This document shows, one piece after another, positions 30,670 to 40,436 of a stretch of DNA of 64,000 bases. The notes under the pieces are model-generated. The model was not told the origin of the DNA. It searched no databases and worked only from the letters and a program-made list of their open reading frames with translations. Numbering within the stretch: the stretch's first letter is position 1; every line of letters begins with the position of its first letter. Source of the DNA: a virus (taxonomy: Duplodnaviria > Heunggongvirae > Uroviricota > Caudoviricetes); IMG/VR virus record IMGVR_UViG_2861079508_000001. One strand, given 5' to 3'. Both the position numbers and the translations under genes were made by a program.

Positions 30670-30885
30670 TCATTTTAACACTCCTGATTCTACTAATTGC
30701 TGTAGCAATACTTTCCCTTTATCAGTTAACTGGTAGTTGGCCGAACACTTCGTTTCAGAAACGTTTGCAACCAACCCTAAACGCTCTAACTTAGCTCGCG
30801 TTTTAGGCTTCCAGTACTCAGGGAACTCCGGCCACTTACTGATTTCATGAAGCGTTTCCTTCTCCCGTTTACTTAATACGATCAT
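30670..30885 (-). CDS. hypothetical protein (71 aa)
   Basis: ORF only. Confidence 0.35.
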   Translation of the reverse strand: MIVLSKREKETLHEISKWPEFPEYWKPKTRAKLERLGLVANVSETKCSANYQLTDKGKVLLQQLVESGVLK

Positions 30886-31044
30886 CCTTAATCTCCTTCA
30901 CGGTGTTGGTTATTTCTACAATGCGATAAATGCGACCGCGTCTTTCTATAACACCGTTTTTAATGTAGTCATTAATGCAACTGGACATCACCACAATACC
31001 GATGAAAAAACCAACTGCTAAAAATGCAATCATCCAGCCGAGCA

Positions 31045-32367
31045 TCATTCTTTATCTCCGATTCGATCTTCTGTATCGCGTAAGCAACGCGGCCATTTCA
31101 GTCGTGGGTGGCGTAAGCTGCCATCAGGTGTTTTCTCGTGACAATGAACCTCGACAATACGACCACGGTACTTCTCTTTGTTGTTCCAGATCTCGTCCAG
31201 ATATTTATGCTTAATGCCGCTCGCACGAACGATGACGCCGTTTTCAAGACGAATAACAATTTTTCCAAGCGTGTTGGCAAAACCAGAGTCCGGGTCGCCC
31301 GGCTCAAAATCGATAATTTCACCATCTTCTGAATCTTCGTCTTTTAACTTCCACCAGCTGCGGGTACGTTTAAATTCGTAAACAGAGTTCGGATCTTTGC
31401 CCATCTCCCCTTCTTCGTTATCGTCCAGGCGTTTCATGAAGCGTTCGATGAAGTCTTCGTGGCTATGGATGATGTAGAACGGATGCAGGTGAATGTCTTG
31501 TGCGTAGCCTTCACTGCGATCGTTTTTGAACAACGCCACGAGCATAGCCAGGCGCTCTTTCAGCTTCATACCTGTCTTTGCATACTCTTTGGATTTAGCC
31601 TGTGCTCGCCATTCCGGTAGGAAGAAGTCGAAAACATGATAAATAGCGCCAATTGCCTGCACGTTCTTTTTGCGCAATGCAGATACGGACTGGTTAAATG
31701 AACCGGCTGTGCCTTCACCATCGAAGAAGATGTGTTTGTGGCCTGAAAGTTTGCCTAATTCGAGCATGGCTGGCTTTAGGTGATCGAGAGACGTGATTGG
31801 ATTACCAGTACGAGAAAGGAAGTTAACCTCTTCTTCGTCAACAATAACCTCGCAAATTACTCGCAAACCATCGAGCTTAAGGCTGCCAATCATCGGCCAT
31901 TTTGCTTTAGGGTTTGGCTTGAAGGGGTATTTGTCGCCTTTTTCTTTATACGGTGACGCCAGCTGCACCTCGAATTTCGGAATGGGATTTTCAAAAACCT
32001 TGTTACATAGGCTAATCCCAACGCCAGCTTTCGGATCTTTTAAGAGGAAACGACGGAAGACGTCCTGCCCATCGGCGCACATTGACGCCACGATAGACTC
32101 AACAGCAACTATTGCTGCGTTCCCCGTCAGCTCGCGAGAGGCCAGCTTATTCAGTATATCAATGGCTTTTTCGTCACTTGGGACGGACTCACTAAGCGGC
32201 TCTGCCACTTTGTATTTTTTTACCCCAAAACGGATGAAAGGGTTGAGCATCAATGAAACCATGCTTTGCTCGAAGTCATCCATGTTGGCCAATGCCTCTT
32301 TTTTTGCATTGGTTCCCATAGCTTTCATTTCGTCCAGCTTATGCTTAAGTGCGATCAACTTTTTCAT
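31045..32367 (-). CDS. ATP-dependent DNA ligase
   Basis: 440 aa; adenylation motif I SLKLDGLR (KxDG). Confidence 0.8.
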   Translation of the reverse strand: MKKLIALKHKLDEMKAMGTNAKKEALANMDDFEQSMVSLMLNPFIRFGVKKYKVAEPLSESVPSDEKAIDILNKLASRELTGNAAIVAVESIVASMCADGQDVFRRFLLKDPKAGVGISLCNKVFENPIPKFEVQLASPYKEKGDKYPFKPNPKAKWPMIGSLKLDGLRVICEVIVDEEEVNFLSRTGNPITSLDHLKPAMLELGKLSGHKHIFFDGEGTAGSFNQSVSALRKKNVQAIGAIYHVFDFFLPEWRAQAKSKEYAKTGMKLKERLAMLVALFKNDRSEGYAQDIHLHPFYIIHSHEDFIERFMKRLDDNEEGEMGKDPNSVYEFKRTRSWWKLKDEDSEDGEIIDFEPGDPDSGFANTLGKIVIRLENGVIVRASGIKHKYLDEIWNNKEKYRGRIVEVHCHEKTPDGSLRHPRLKWPRCLRDTEDRIGDKE

Positions 32368-32834
32368 TGTTGTTTTACCTCCATATGTTGATCGATTTGC
32401 TCATGTGTTTCTTTTGTTGTTTCTTCAAGCAACGCCGCATACACGTCAGTGATCGCTGTTTGTGATGTGGTGCTCTTCTTAACCATGCTATTAATCGTTA
32501 CACTGTCACGTTTTCGTTTTATAGTTCTGGCTTGTTTATTCCGTTCTTCAACCTCCTTAATGAGCGCGGTCATATCTTCGAAATACAGAGATTCTCCTTT
32601 ACGAATCTCTTCAACCATCATTTTTAACGCCTTGCATTTGCCTGCTTTAATAGCGGTTGCGCACGACTGGAAAGAAGTTCGAGGAAGACGGTTTTCTTTG
32701 AAGGCAAGAATGGTGTGCTGGCAAACGGAATAGCTGCAATATGTCGACTCACCGTTTATCTTTACTTCCTCACAACGAAGTGAATAACCGTTATTTCCTG
32801 AAATAGAAGGGATTTTTGACAAATCAGCTTTCAC
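32364..32834 (-). CDS. hypothetical protein (156 aa)
   Basis: ORF; stop overlaps ligase start. Confidence 0.4.
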   Translation of the reverse strand: MKADLSKIPSISGNNGYSLRCEEVKINGESTYCSYSVCQHTILAFKENRLPRTSFQSCATAIKAGKCKALKMMVEEIRKGESLYFEDMTALIKEVEERNKQARTIKRKRDSVTINSMVKKSTTSQTAITDVYAALLEETTKETHEQIDQHMEVKQQ

Positions 32835-32900
32835 AATTACCGCCAGAAATAATCTTGTGCTTACCTATCATTATTTGCGTAAAAACGACACACAGAGAGC

Positions 32901-33677
32901 TTACCAACTTCCCCAGCTAATCATCTTGCGCTGATCGCTTTCTAAGCGATAAGGGGCAAGAAGCTCTGTGACATGATTGGTGGCGTATGATTTAGCCTCT
33001 TGCTTAATCATCGGTAATTCGTTAGCAATCCTGACCATCTTCCCAGCAAATTCCGCCATTACGCCATCACAAGCCTTCCCCGCATCAACAACGATATGCA
33101 CAAGATCCAACTGGCTTTTGCACATATCCCAAAGAGACGCGTATTCACTCTCTCTGATTACATTTACGGCACTATTAGCCCCTTTATTAATCAAAACTTC
33201 CAACAGATTTTTCGGGGTAACGAAATCTGCTTTCAGAGATAATGTCTTTTCACCACTTATCGAACGCAAGTACTCTTCGTAGTTATTCTTCATCAAACCG
33301 CTGCTGCGCATTGCTAGAACTGCTTCTTGAATGGCCGCTTCAATAGTTTCGTCGTTTGAAAGACAAAAAACGGTATTTGTGTAGATCACTCTGCCATCAA
33401 GCCATGCTCCAACCTGCACTTTAAGACTGAGCGGGTTTTCTTTGCTAATAAAAACAACTAATGCAGAACGCCGTGCACAAGAAGGTTCGCCCCATACGTG
33501 TAACTCAACCTTCAGATAAGGCAACCCTGGTAGCGGGATCTCGTCCATACGAGCAGCGATATGATTCATTGCTGTATTGACGGCCTTTCCAATGATGTCT
33601 AGTCGACTGCCCTCGCTGATTTCTAAACCTGTTTTATCAATGATGTCACAGGCCAATTTCTGAATTTCGTCTTTCAT
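32901..33677 (-). CDS. hypothetical protein (258 aa)
   Basis: ATG at 33677 checked in sequence; motif B site 45 bp upstream. Confidence 0.45.
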   Translation of the reverse strand: MKDEIQKLACDIIDKTGLEISEGSRLDIIGKAVNTAMNHIAARMDEIPLPGLPYLKVELHVWGEPSCARRSALVVFISKENPLSLKVQVGAWLDGRVIYTNTVFCLSNDETIEAAIQEAVLAMRSSGLMKNNYEEYLRSISGEKTLSLKADFVTPKNLLEVLINKGANSAVNVIRESEYASLWDMCKSQLDLVHIVVDAGKACDGVMAEFAGKMVRIANELPMIKQEAKSYATNHVTELLAPYRLESDQRKMISWGSW

Positions 33678-33719
33678 ACCAACTCCTAGCTAACAGATGA
33701 AAGTATTCTTACAAAAAAC

Positions 33720-33739
33720 TAAGTATGTATCTACTTATC
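33720..33739. promoter_or_regulatory. motif B upstream of 32901..33677 gene
   Basis: TAAGTATGTATCTACTTATC. Confidence 0.4.
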
Positions 33740-33802
33740 ATTTTAGGCGCAATAGTTCCCTATACGAAGATGCCGGGCTTATAGTCTGCCCGGCATTCAC
33801 CA

Positions 33803-34216
33803 TTAATGAGCTACAGCCTCACTGTTGCACATCTTTCTGTAGACCTGCTTATAACGCTGTAAGTCATGAGGATCATTAGGTGCCAACGACTTCGATAGGA
33901 TTTTGTATACCACCCCTTTCGAAAACATGCCCTTTGGCTTCATTTCGAGTTCAACAACATATGAGTGATAGCCCACGTATGCACCAAAGCCATTTTTGGC
34001 GTTCAATTCTCCGCACACAAAGCCTGTCACACTCCCATCGTCATGATCAGTCCTGACAAACTTATCTTTCCTAAACATCACCGACGTGGGATCTTTCATA
34101 TCATCCGCAATTGCTTGTTGGCCCAGAGCAATAGCCTTCTCGTCTGTAGGCTTACACCCCACTAAAGCAAACAAAGACAATAAAGCTCCTGTTAAAATCA
34201 GCTTATTTTTGCTCAT
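33803..34216 (-). CDS. lipoprotein (137 aa)
   Basis: N-terminus MSKNKLILTGALLSLFALVGC has a lipobox. Confidence 0.55.
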   Translation of the reverse strand: MSKNKLILTGALLSLFALVGCKPTDEKAIALGQQAIADDMKDPTSVMFRKDKFVRTDHDDGSVTGFVCGELNAKNGFGAYVGYHSYVVELEMKPKGMFSKGVVYKILSKSLAPNDPHDLQRYKQVYRKMCNSEAVAH

Positions 34217-34449
34217 GTTGGCTTCCCTTTATTTATATTTATCGCAGGTATTAGTTAATCAAAACACGAGCAGTGCCACAATAATTAAATGGCGTACTAT
34301 TTCTTATGGTTATTAGTTTCCTAGTAACTTTACCGACCATAAACTAAATCAACAAAGCTGACATATTAACTAAATTTAAGTACCATTTTTCGCACACTTG
34401 ACACTTGCCGCGTCTAAACTGTTCATCCTATATCAACAGAACAAAAAAT

Positions 34450-35595
34450 ATGAAATACATAAAATCTTCATCGTTGCTGGCATTAACTTTGCTTTTTAGC
34501 TCTGGATTCGTTAACGCAGACAATAAACAAACGCTGATAGAAGCCGCTACCGCAGGGGATACCGCAGCACAAAGTGAGTTAGGGACAAATTATTTTGATG
34601 GTATCAATGGTTTTGATAAGGATGTAGTTGAGGCCAAGAAGTGGATTGATCTCGCTGCAGAAAAGGGAGACAAAGTAGCATATTATGCACTTGGGGTTAT
34701 GTACACATTTGGCGAGGGTGTAGATAAAGACTTAAATAAAGCAGTTGAGTACTACAAACTTGCGGGAGATGCTCGTGAAGGTAGAGCCTATAACAATCTT
34801 GGTGCTATTTATCAAAAGGGGATGCTTGGTAAAGTAGATCATGCGCTCGCCATTAAATACTTCAAACTAGCCTCTGATGCCGGGTATGTTAAAGCTAGCT
34901 ACCTTCTTGGTGCGTATTACCAATATGGTAAAGGTGTACAAAAGAGTTATAAAAAAGCTTTTACTTATTACAAAAAAGCGGCGGATCAAGGTAGTTCAGA
35001 TGGCATGTTCGCATTAGGCACCTTATACGATGACGGTTTAGGTGTTAAACGCAACGATGCCGAAGCAATTAAGTGGTATAAAAAAGCTGCTGAACTCGGA
35101 AACGCCGATGCCATGACAAATCTTGGCATTATGTATGAGTATGGTGAAGGGGTTAAAAAAGACTATAAAAAAGCAGCTGAGCTTTATCAGGCTGCTTGTG
35201 ATAAAGAAGATAAAAATGGCTGTGATTACATTGCAGAACTGAAAGAAAGCGGCAAATATCGAGCGCCGGCTTCCAAAGCCAAAACAAAATCCGCCACCCA
35301 GCGACTTATTGCTAAATCCATTGATAAGGGCGTTAACGCTACATTTACCTGGCAGGGTGATGATGCTACCTTCACCGCTAATGATGGCAAAGTTGACTGC
35401 ACCTTCCTGAAGGATTTTTCAGAGAAAGGAGGCAATCTGGCTACCTCGTTTGTTTGCACCGATAACGTTCAAATCATACTGAAGCAATTCAGAGATACCA
35501 AGAATGCCTACCTCGCGGTAATGACTGACAACTTCAACACAGAAGTTAAATCATTTTCGGTCAATGTGTACGTGACTAATACTGGTTCAAACTAA
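34450..35595 (+). CDS. secreted Sel1-repeat (TPR-like) protein
   Basis: signal peptide MKYIKSSSLLALTLLFSSGFVNA; repeated A..YY.LG.MY..G.GV.KD...A..W Sel1 units; ATG at 34450 preferred over track start 34405. Confidence 0.75.
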   Translation: MKYIKSSSLLALTLLFSSGFVNADNKQTLIEAATAGDTAAQSELGTNYFDGINGFDKDVVEAKKWIDLAAEKGDKVAYYALGVMYTFGEGVDKDLNKAVEYYKLAGDAREGRAYNNLGAIYQKGMLGKVDHALAIKYFKLASDAGYVKASYLLGAYYQYGKGVQKSYKKAFTYYKKAADQGSSDGMFALGTLYDDGLGVKRNDAEAIKWYKKAAELGNADAMTNLGIMYEYGEGVKKDYKKAAELYQAACDKEDKNGCDYIAELKESGKYRAPASKAKTKSATQRLIAKSIDKGVNATFTWQGDDATFTANDGKVDCTFLKDFSEKGGNLATSFVCTDNVQIILKQFRDTKNAYLAVMTDNFNTEVKSFSVNVYVTNTGSN

Positions 35596-36840
35596 TGCTG
35601 CTATGCCTTTTACCTTGCTTAAAAGTTCAAGCTGTCGTGAGTAAGGTTTTGCGCAATAGTAGGCTTTGATAATCTGCCCCGGGGTCGCATCGCCGGGGTC
35701 GAGTCCTTCCTCGCCCAAACATGCAATTTTCACATTAAGACCGATACTGGTCAGTCGCCTGGCTGCGGCCATAGTGTTTCGTATAGCTTGCTTTTCACTA
35801 TCCCACATCATGATCACATTACGTAATCCACGCGCCTTGAGCGTCAGGAACGCGCCCAACTGATCTTCTGCATCCTGAGTGGTGTTACCAGATAGATGCA
35901 TCCCGAACGTTCCTATTGGTTCCACGTAATCGCGTAATGTTTCTTCGTCAAAAATAGCTCGTTTGACCCCCATAACATCGAACGCCCCCTCACAGACAAC
36001 TACAGTCTGTTTGCCGACTGCATTGTGGCCGTTGTAGAGAAACTTACCTGAAGCTGGAAGCTGCATAGGAAAGAGGTAGCGGCGTTCTGCTGTACCGGTA
36101 ATGTCTCGTCCTTGAAATGTCTTCATTACCCCATCCAGATCGTAAACCGGTATCAGTATTCGCATATCGAAAATCTGTCCTTTAACCTGATCTGTATACG
36201 GATCTACATAAGCGTGCTTGCCTTCGACGCAGTATCGTAGGTCAAAATACTTTGCCATTTCAGGCGATATATTTCGTTCAACCAGATAGTCTGGAAGATG
36301 GCCATCTATAGGAAGATCGTAATGACGAGGGAGTGCAACTGGTCCCTCTAACTCGACTGTGCTTGCAAGCACTATCTCTTCTTTCTTTGGTGCCCACCCC
36401 TGGGAAAGAAGAGCGTTCTGCACATATTCCTCGAACTGTCGTCGTGATTTACCGCTGTAGTGCTTGAGGAAGACCAGCTTATTGAACTGAATCTCTTCGG
36501 GATGATCACCAGCGAAGCATTTACCGACGCCACTGGTCAGATTGAAATATACCTTCCAGTTGGAGCTGCCGCATACCGGACACTCCTTGATATTCACTTC
36601 ACGACCGCGAGTACTCACGCCTCCACGTCGATAAACGATACCTTCAGTATCCAACCATTGTTCAAAATCTAATTCGGTAATTAGCTCTTTCAGCTCGCTC
36701 ACGATAATTCCACTTTTAACAGGCAATATTGTGACCAACCTAAATGTTGATATAACATAAAGGCTCATGTGTTTTTCTTTTGTGGTTTGGCAAAAGAAAA
36801 GTTGTTTCACCAATGAATCAAGCGTGGAGGTGTTCTCCAC
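35587..36840 (-). CDS. DNA primase (zinc-ribbon plus TOPRIM)
   Basis: CPVCGSSNW...C..GDH zinc ribbon; TOPRIM-like VVVCEGAFDVMG; start uncertain (ATG at 36768 possible). Confidence 0.7.
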   Translation of the reverse strand: MENTSTLDSLVKQLFFCQTTKEKHMSLYVISTFRLVTILPVKSGIIVSELKELITELDFEQWLDTEGIVYRRGGVSTRGREVNIKECPVCGSSNWKVYFNLTSGVGKCFAGDHPEEIQFNKLVFLKHYSGKSRRQFEEYVQNALLSQGWAPKKEEIVLASTVELEGPVALPRHYDLPIDGHLPDYLVERNISPEMAKYFDLRYCVEGKHAYVDPYTDQVKGQIFDMRILIPVYDLDGVMKTFQGRDITGTAERRYLFPMQLPASGKFLYNGHNAVGKQTVVVCEGAFDVMGVKRAIFDEETLRDYVEPIGTFGMHLSGNTTQDAEDQLGAFLTLKARGLRNVIMMWDSEKQAIRNTMAAARRLTSIGLNVKIACLGEEGLDPGDATPGQIIKAYYCAKPYSRQLELLSKVKGIAALV

Positions 36841-36849
36841 GCTTATTTT

Positions 36850-38190
36850 TTAGGTAACGTCTAAGATTCGCTCAATGAAGCGCATTTGTTCGAGGTTTTG
36901 TTTAACGCGAATGCTGATCCCTCCCTGCTGGTTACGCGAACCAGCAAAGTAGAGACGAGCCTCTCCTTTCGCTTCTTCTTCTTCGGTTTTGTTGATCGTT
37001 ATTACCAGGTCAGCAATACGTACTTTTTCGATGTTGTCGGCAGCGTGCATCATTGTGGCAACTTCTGACGCGCCACCTTCACGGTTTGTTTGCGACGCCG
37101 TGATACCAGCAACGTTATGCTTGTCATAAAGAGCACGTAAATCGGTGTAGATACTACGAATGTTGGCGCGATCATCACGAAGGTCATAACTGGCACGCAT
37201 CAAATCTGCGTAGTCGACAACAACCATGTCAGGCACCATGCCATTGGCTTTCATACTGTTAAGCATACGGTCCAGATCTGCCGGTGACATACTTCCTGAC
37301 GGACGCTCAACAACCCACAAACTACCAATCCCCTTCGTGGCTCCCAACTCTGCCAACTTGCGATGAACTTCATCGCGCCGTTCCACCAGCTTGGACATTT
37401 CCGTCTCCGACAATCTTGCATCAAAACGGTCGGACAAAATGGTGGTGTGAACCTCCAGCGAGAGATACAGAACATTGTAGCCAGCAAGCGTAGCGTTTAT
37501 GGAAAACTCACCCATTGCGGTCGATTTACCGGATTTAGCAAAACCCATGAAGAGCACCATTTCGCGCTTTGCCCAGCCTTTTTGGTACAGCAATCTATCA
37601 AGCAGAGGGAGTCCAGTTGTAATGCTGTTTGGCACATACTCCTCTGAAGCCTCATATTCACGCGCTTTCAATCGCTCACTTGCGGAGGTGTAGTAGTCAT
37701 AGATTCCGGTCGCTTCGTTCGAGCCTATCTGCTGAACCTTGGCCATGATTGCCATCGCCCCCTGAAAGTCGCCCTTCTCTTTCAGTTCAGCAGCTTTAAT
37801 CAGAGCATCATCAAACGCTACACTTTTTGCGAATGTGGATACCTGGTCAACCATGTACGAGGTATCAGACAATTTTTCTGCAAGGATGCGCTTAAACGCA
37901 GCAACAACATCCGGGAAGAGTTCCTCACGGATGGTCTTATCGCGTTTCGCACGCTTAAGCATATCCAGAATCGCAGATGAAGAAGGCGCGCTCTTGTACA
38001 TACGGTAATAGCCCGAAACCATATTAACCAATATGGCATTGGCCGCATTGGCAAATTGGCTAGGCACAACCAGATCTCCCGCACGAGTAAGAAACTCGTG
38101 ATCACGACAAAAATATGCCGTCAGTCTGTTCTGGAAATCTTCATCAAACTCTTCGGACAGCCCGCGTCCTGTATGGCAAAGTTCGGTCAT
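36850..38190 (-). CDS. DnaB-like replicative DNA helicase
   Basis: 446 aa; Walker A GFAKSGKST in RecA-like C-terminal domain; ATG at 38190 with AAGGAAAG ribosome-binding site. Confidence 0.8.
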   Translation of the reverse strand: MTELCHTGRGLSEEFDEDFQNRLTAYFCRDHEFLTRAGDLVVPSQFANAANAILVNMVSGYYRMYKSAPSSSAILDMLKRAKRDKTIREELFPDVVAAFKRILAEKLSDTSYMVDQVSTFAKSVAFDDALIKAAELKEKGDFQGAMAIMAKVQQIGSNEATGIYDYYTSASERLKAREYEASEEYVPNSITTGLPLLDRLLYQKGWAKREMVLFMGFAKSGKSTAMGEFSINATLAGYNVLYLSLEVHTTILSDRFDARLSETEMSKLVERRDEVHRKLAELGATKGIGSLWVVERPSGSMSPADLDRMLNSMKANGMVPDMVVVDYADLMRASYDLRDDRANIRSIYTDLRALYDKHNVAGITASQTNREGGASEVATMMHAADNIEKVRIADLVITINKTEEEEAKGEARLYFAGSRNQQGGISIRVKQNLEQMRFIERILDVT

Positions 38191-38209
38191 GTGCTTTCCT
38201 TTGTTTTTT

Positions 38210-38225
38210 AAACAAATTGTTTTCT
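38210..38225. promoter_or_regulatory. motif A (AAACAAATTGTTTTCT) upstream of helicase gene
   Basis: 20-35 bp upstream of ATG 38190. Confidence 0.4.
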
Positions 38226-38233
38226 AGTATTAG

Positions 38234-38983
38234 TTAATTAGATAGGGGATCAATAAACCGCCGTGCTTCTTCCAGTTCTTCTGGAAAGTGGGCGGAAATA
38301 AGGCGCTCTGGAACGATTTCCATTAGCCAGATAGCGGAGAAAATTGCGCGTATGCGCTTGCTGCGGGGGATGGTGCGTAAACGCTCCAGAATCCACTCAA
38401 AATAGCTTTCCTGGATCGGGTTGAACTGCATGTCTCCCATATGCTTAAAGCTAACTAGAGAGTCATCCAGACGGGTTGTTGCGCGTCTGGCTAATTTCTC
38501 TTCGAATATCTCAACCAGCTCTGGCTGCCATAAATGCTGTGGGCGCGGCAGCTTGTCCCACAGCCGTCGTGCAGCTGCGGAAAGAACGGTGGAGATAAAG
38601 TAGTCGTATGAGCAGCAATAGCGGTCAGCAAACTGGCGTGCTTTCCATAGAGACGTTTTATTGGCAGTCGACAACTCCTGATAAGGCAGGCGTTTTAACC
38701 CGGTGGTGAACGGAGCTGTTTCAAAGTGTTCGCGACCGTGCGTCAGCATGATATTTGAGTACTGACGTTTGTATGCCTCCGTAAAAAGACAGGTGGCCAT
38801 GAGAGGATGCATGTCGCGGTAATCAAACCACTTCGTCTCGAAGAGTTCAGCCTCGTCTTTACAGCGCGACAAACCAATGTTTTCAGCGACCCACTTGTCC
38901 ATAACAGCGGTATTCCACTCTGTCATGAAGTCGTACTGGTCGTTGTCGATGGTATCGAAAAAGATTTGGCTCATGTGGCTCAC
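38234..38983 (-). CDS. hypothetical protein (about 246 aa; ATG probably at 38974)
   Basis: ORF with AGGTGA ribosome-binding site; motif B abuts it. Confidence 0.4.
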   Translation of the reverse strand: MSHMSQIFFDTIDNDQYDFMTEWNTAVMDKWVAENIGLSRCKDEAELFETKWFDYRDMHPLMATCLFTEAYKRQYSNIMLTHGREHFETAPFTTGLKRLPYQELSTANKTSLWKARQFADRYCCSYDYFISTVLSAAARRLWDKLPRPQHLWQPELVEIFEEKLARRATTRLDDSLVSFKHMGDMQFNPIQESYFEWILERLRTIPRSKRIRAIFSAIWLMEIVPERLISAHFPEELEEARRFIDPLSN

Positions 38984-38985
38984 CT

Positions 38986-39008
38986 GGTAGGTAGTTACTT
39001 ACTTATCA
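38986..39008. promoter_or_regulatory. motif B upstream of 38234..38974 gene
   Basis: GGTAGGTAGTTACTTACTTATCA. Confidence 0.4.
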
Positions 39009-39090
39009 CAATGAGCGGATGATAGCGACTGGTGGCAGTTTTTGGAAGTGGAAACGGAAGGGAGTTGTTCTGGTGGTGTCTTTTAAAAGA

Positions 39091-39144
39091 CCTGCTTCCG
39101 TATATATTTAATAAGTTACTTATTATTTATATATACAGAAGCAG
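39091..39144. promoter_or_regulatory. 54-bp imperfect palindrome (arms CCTGCTTC(C/T)GTATATAT...) centred on a motif B core AATAAGTTACTTATT
   Basis: read directly; intergenic upstream of the GIY-YIG-like gene. Confidence 0.5.
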
Positions 39145-39256
39145 GCATAACTTGTCGTCTTAGACGCCCAGAAGCTCTACACTTTGAGCCTGTTAAATTG
39201 ATTAAAAACTTATGTGTAAAATAGAACGCATTAGTCAGTAGCAAAGAGATGCAATA

Positions 39257-40024
39257 ATGGACGATTTATCGGTATACGCGAGATCATTGGATAAGGCTAA
39301 ATACTATGTTTACTGTCTCTATGATACAGAAGACAAGATGAAAAGACCGTTTTACATAGGAAAAGGCAAATCGACTCGTTGTCTCGATCACATCAAGTAT
39401 CCCGATGACTCTCCCAAATCCATGCGGATCAAAGAACTTTTGGCTAATAAAAAATTAGGCATAGATATACTTCGTCATGGTATGGATGAAACCACAGCCA
39501 AACTTGTTGAGGCGACATGCATCGACCTTATGGGGGTCGGAGAGCTTACGAATAAGGTACGAGGAAGTGGTTCCATGATGGGCAGAATATCACTGGACGC
39601 CTACCATCACTTAGTGCTGCAAGAGGAAACTGAAATTGCTCCTGAGCACGCCGGTCTTGCCTTCCTGCTAAACAGCACCTACAAGTCAGGAATGTCCGCT
39701 CTGGCATTATATGAGGCTACGCGTGGCGTATGGGCAAAGGTTCCAAGAGACGAGAATCTCAAATATGCCTACGCTACATATGGTGGGCTGATAATGGAAG
39801 TTTATCAGATTGAATGCTGGGTCAAAGCCGGTTCTCAGCAGTACTTTACAAGGGATATAGCTCTTGGCCCCGACACAAAACGTTATGAATTTGTTGGCAG
39901 AATAGCCGATGAGCATATTAGAAAACTGTATGTAGGCAAATTAATCAAGAAGCCACCAAGCTACGGTAGCCCTTTTGTGAAGGTTGGGGTGGTTAGGACT
40001 GAACATAGTGTTAGCGCGGCATAA
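39257..40024 (+). CDS. GIY-YIG-like nuclease domain protein (possible free-standing homing endonuclease)
   Basis: N-terminal KYYVYCLYDTEDKMKRPFYIGKGKSTRCLDH resembles the GIY...YIG...R...H pattern; plus-strand orphan behind a 54-bp palindrome. Confidence 0.4.
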   Translation: MDDLSVYARSLDKAKYYVYCLYDTEDKMKRPFYIGKGKSTRCLDHIKYPDDSPKSMRIKELLANKKLGIDILRHGMDETTAKLVEATCIDLMGVGELTNKVRGSGSMMGRISLDAYHHLVLQEETEIAPEHAGLAFLLNSTYKSGMSALALYEATRGVWAKVPRDENLKYAYATYGGLIMEVYQIECWVKAGSQQYFTRDIALGPDTKRYEFVGRIADEHIRKLYVGKLIKKPPSYGSPFVKVGVVRTEHSVSAA

Positions 40025-40076
40025 AGCTGACACTGTAGTTATGCATTGGCGCAATGTACGCGCCAATGCATGATTT

Positions 40077-40436
40077 TTAACCTTTCTTCATCAACTCTCG
40101 TTTGATTTCATCGGTACGCATCGTGACATCGGCAGCGGTGATCGCCTCATTCAATTTCACGATGTCCTCGATTTCCTGCGGTGACTTCTCTGCCAGATGG
40201 AAAATGGCTGCTCGAATCACGTCAGAACGAGTGAACTTCTCGAAGCGAGGGATGAACTTCATCATCTCCAGCAGTTCGAAGTATTCGTCCTCCAGTGACA
40301 TTGTGCGGCTTTTAATTTTCTCTTTGCCACGAGTCGGGCGTCCCTGTGGTCTGACTGGTTGGCGCAAAGGAGTTGTGTTCTTAGCCGGTGCATCAGGCTC
40401 TTTGCGCTTTGCTAGGTCACCCATTTTCATGGACAT
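40077..40436 (-). CDS. ParG-like centromere-binding protein (ribbon-helix-helix), partner of ParA
   Basis: 119 aa; basic N-terminal tail, C-terminal ribbon-helix-helix-like segment; 1-bp overlap with parA. Confidence 0.5.
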   Translation of the reverse strand: MSMKMGDLAKRKEPDAPAKNTTPLRQPVRPQGRPTRGKEKIKSRTMSLEDEYFELLEMMKFIPRFEKFTRSDVIRAAIFHLAEKSPQEIEDIVKLNEAITAADVTMRTDEIKRELMKKG

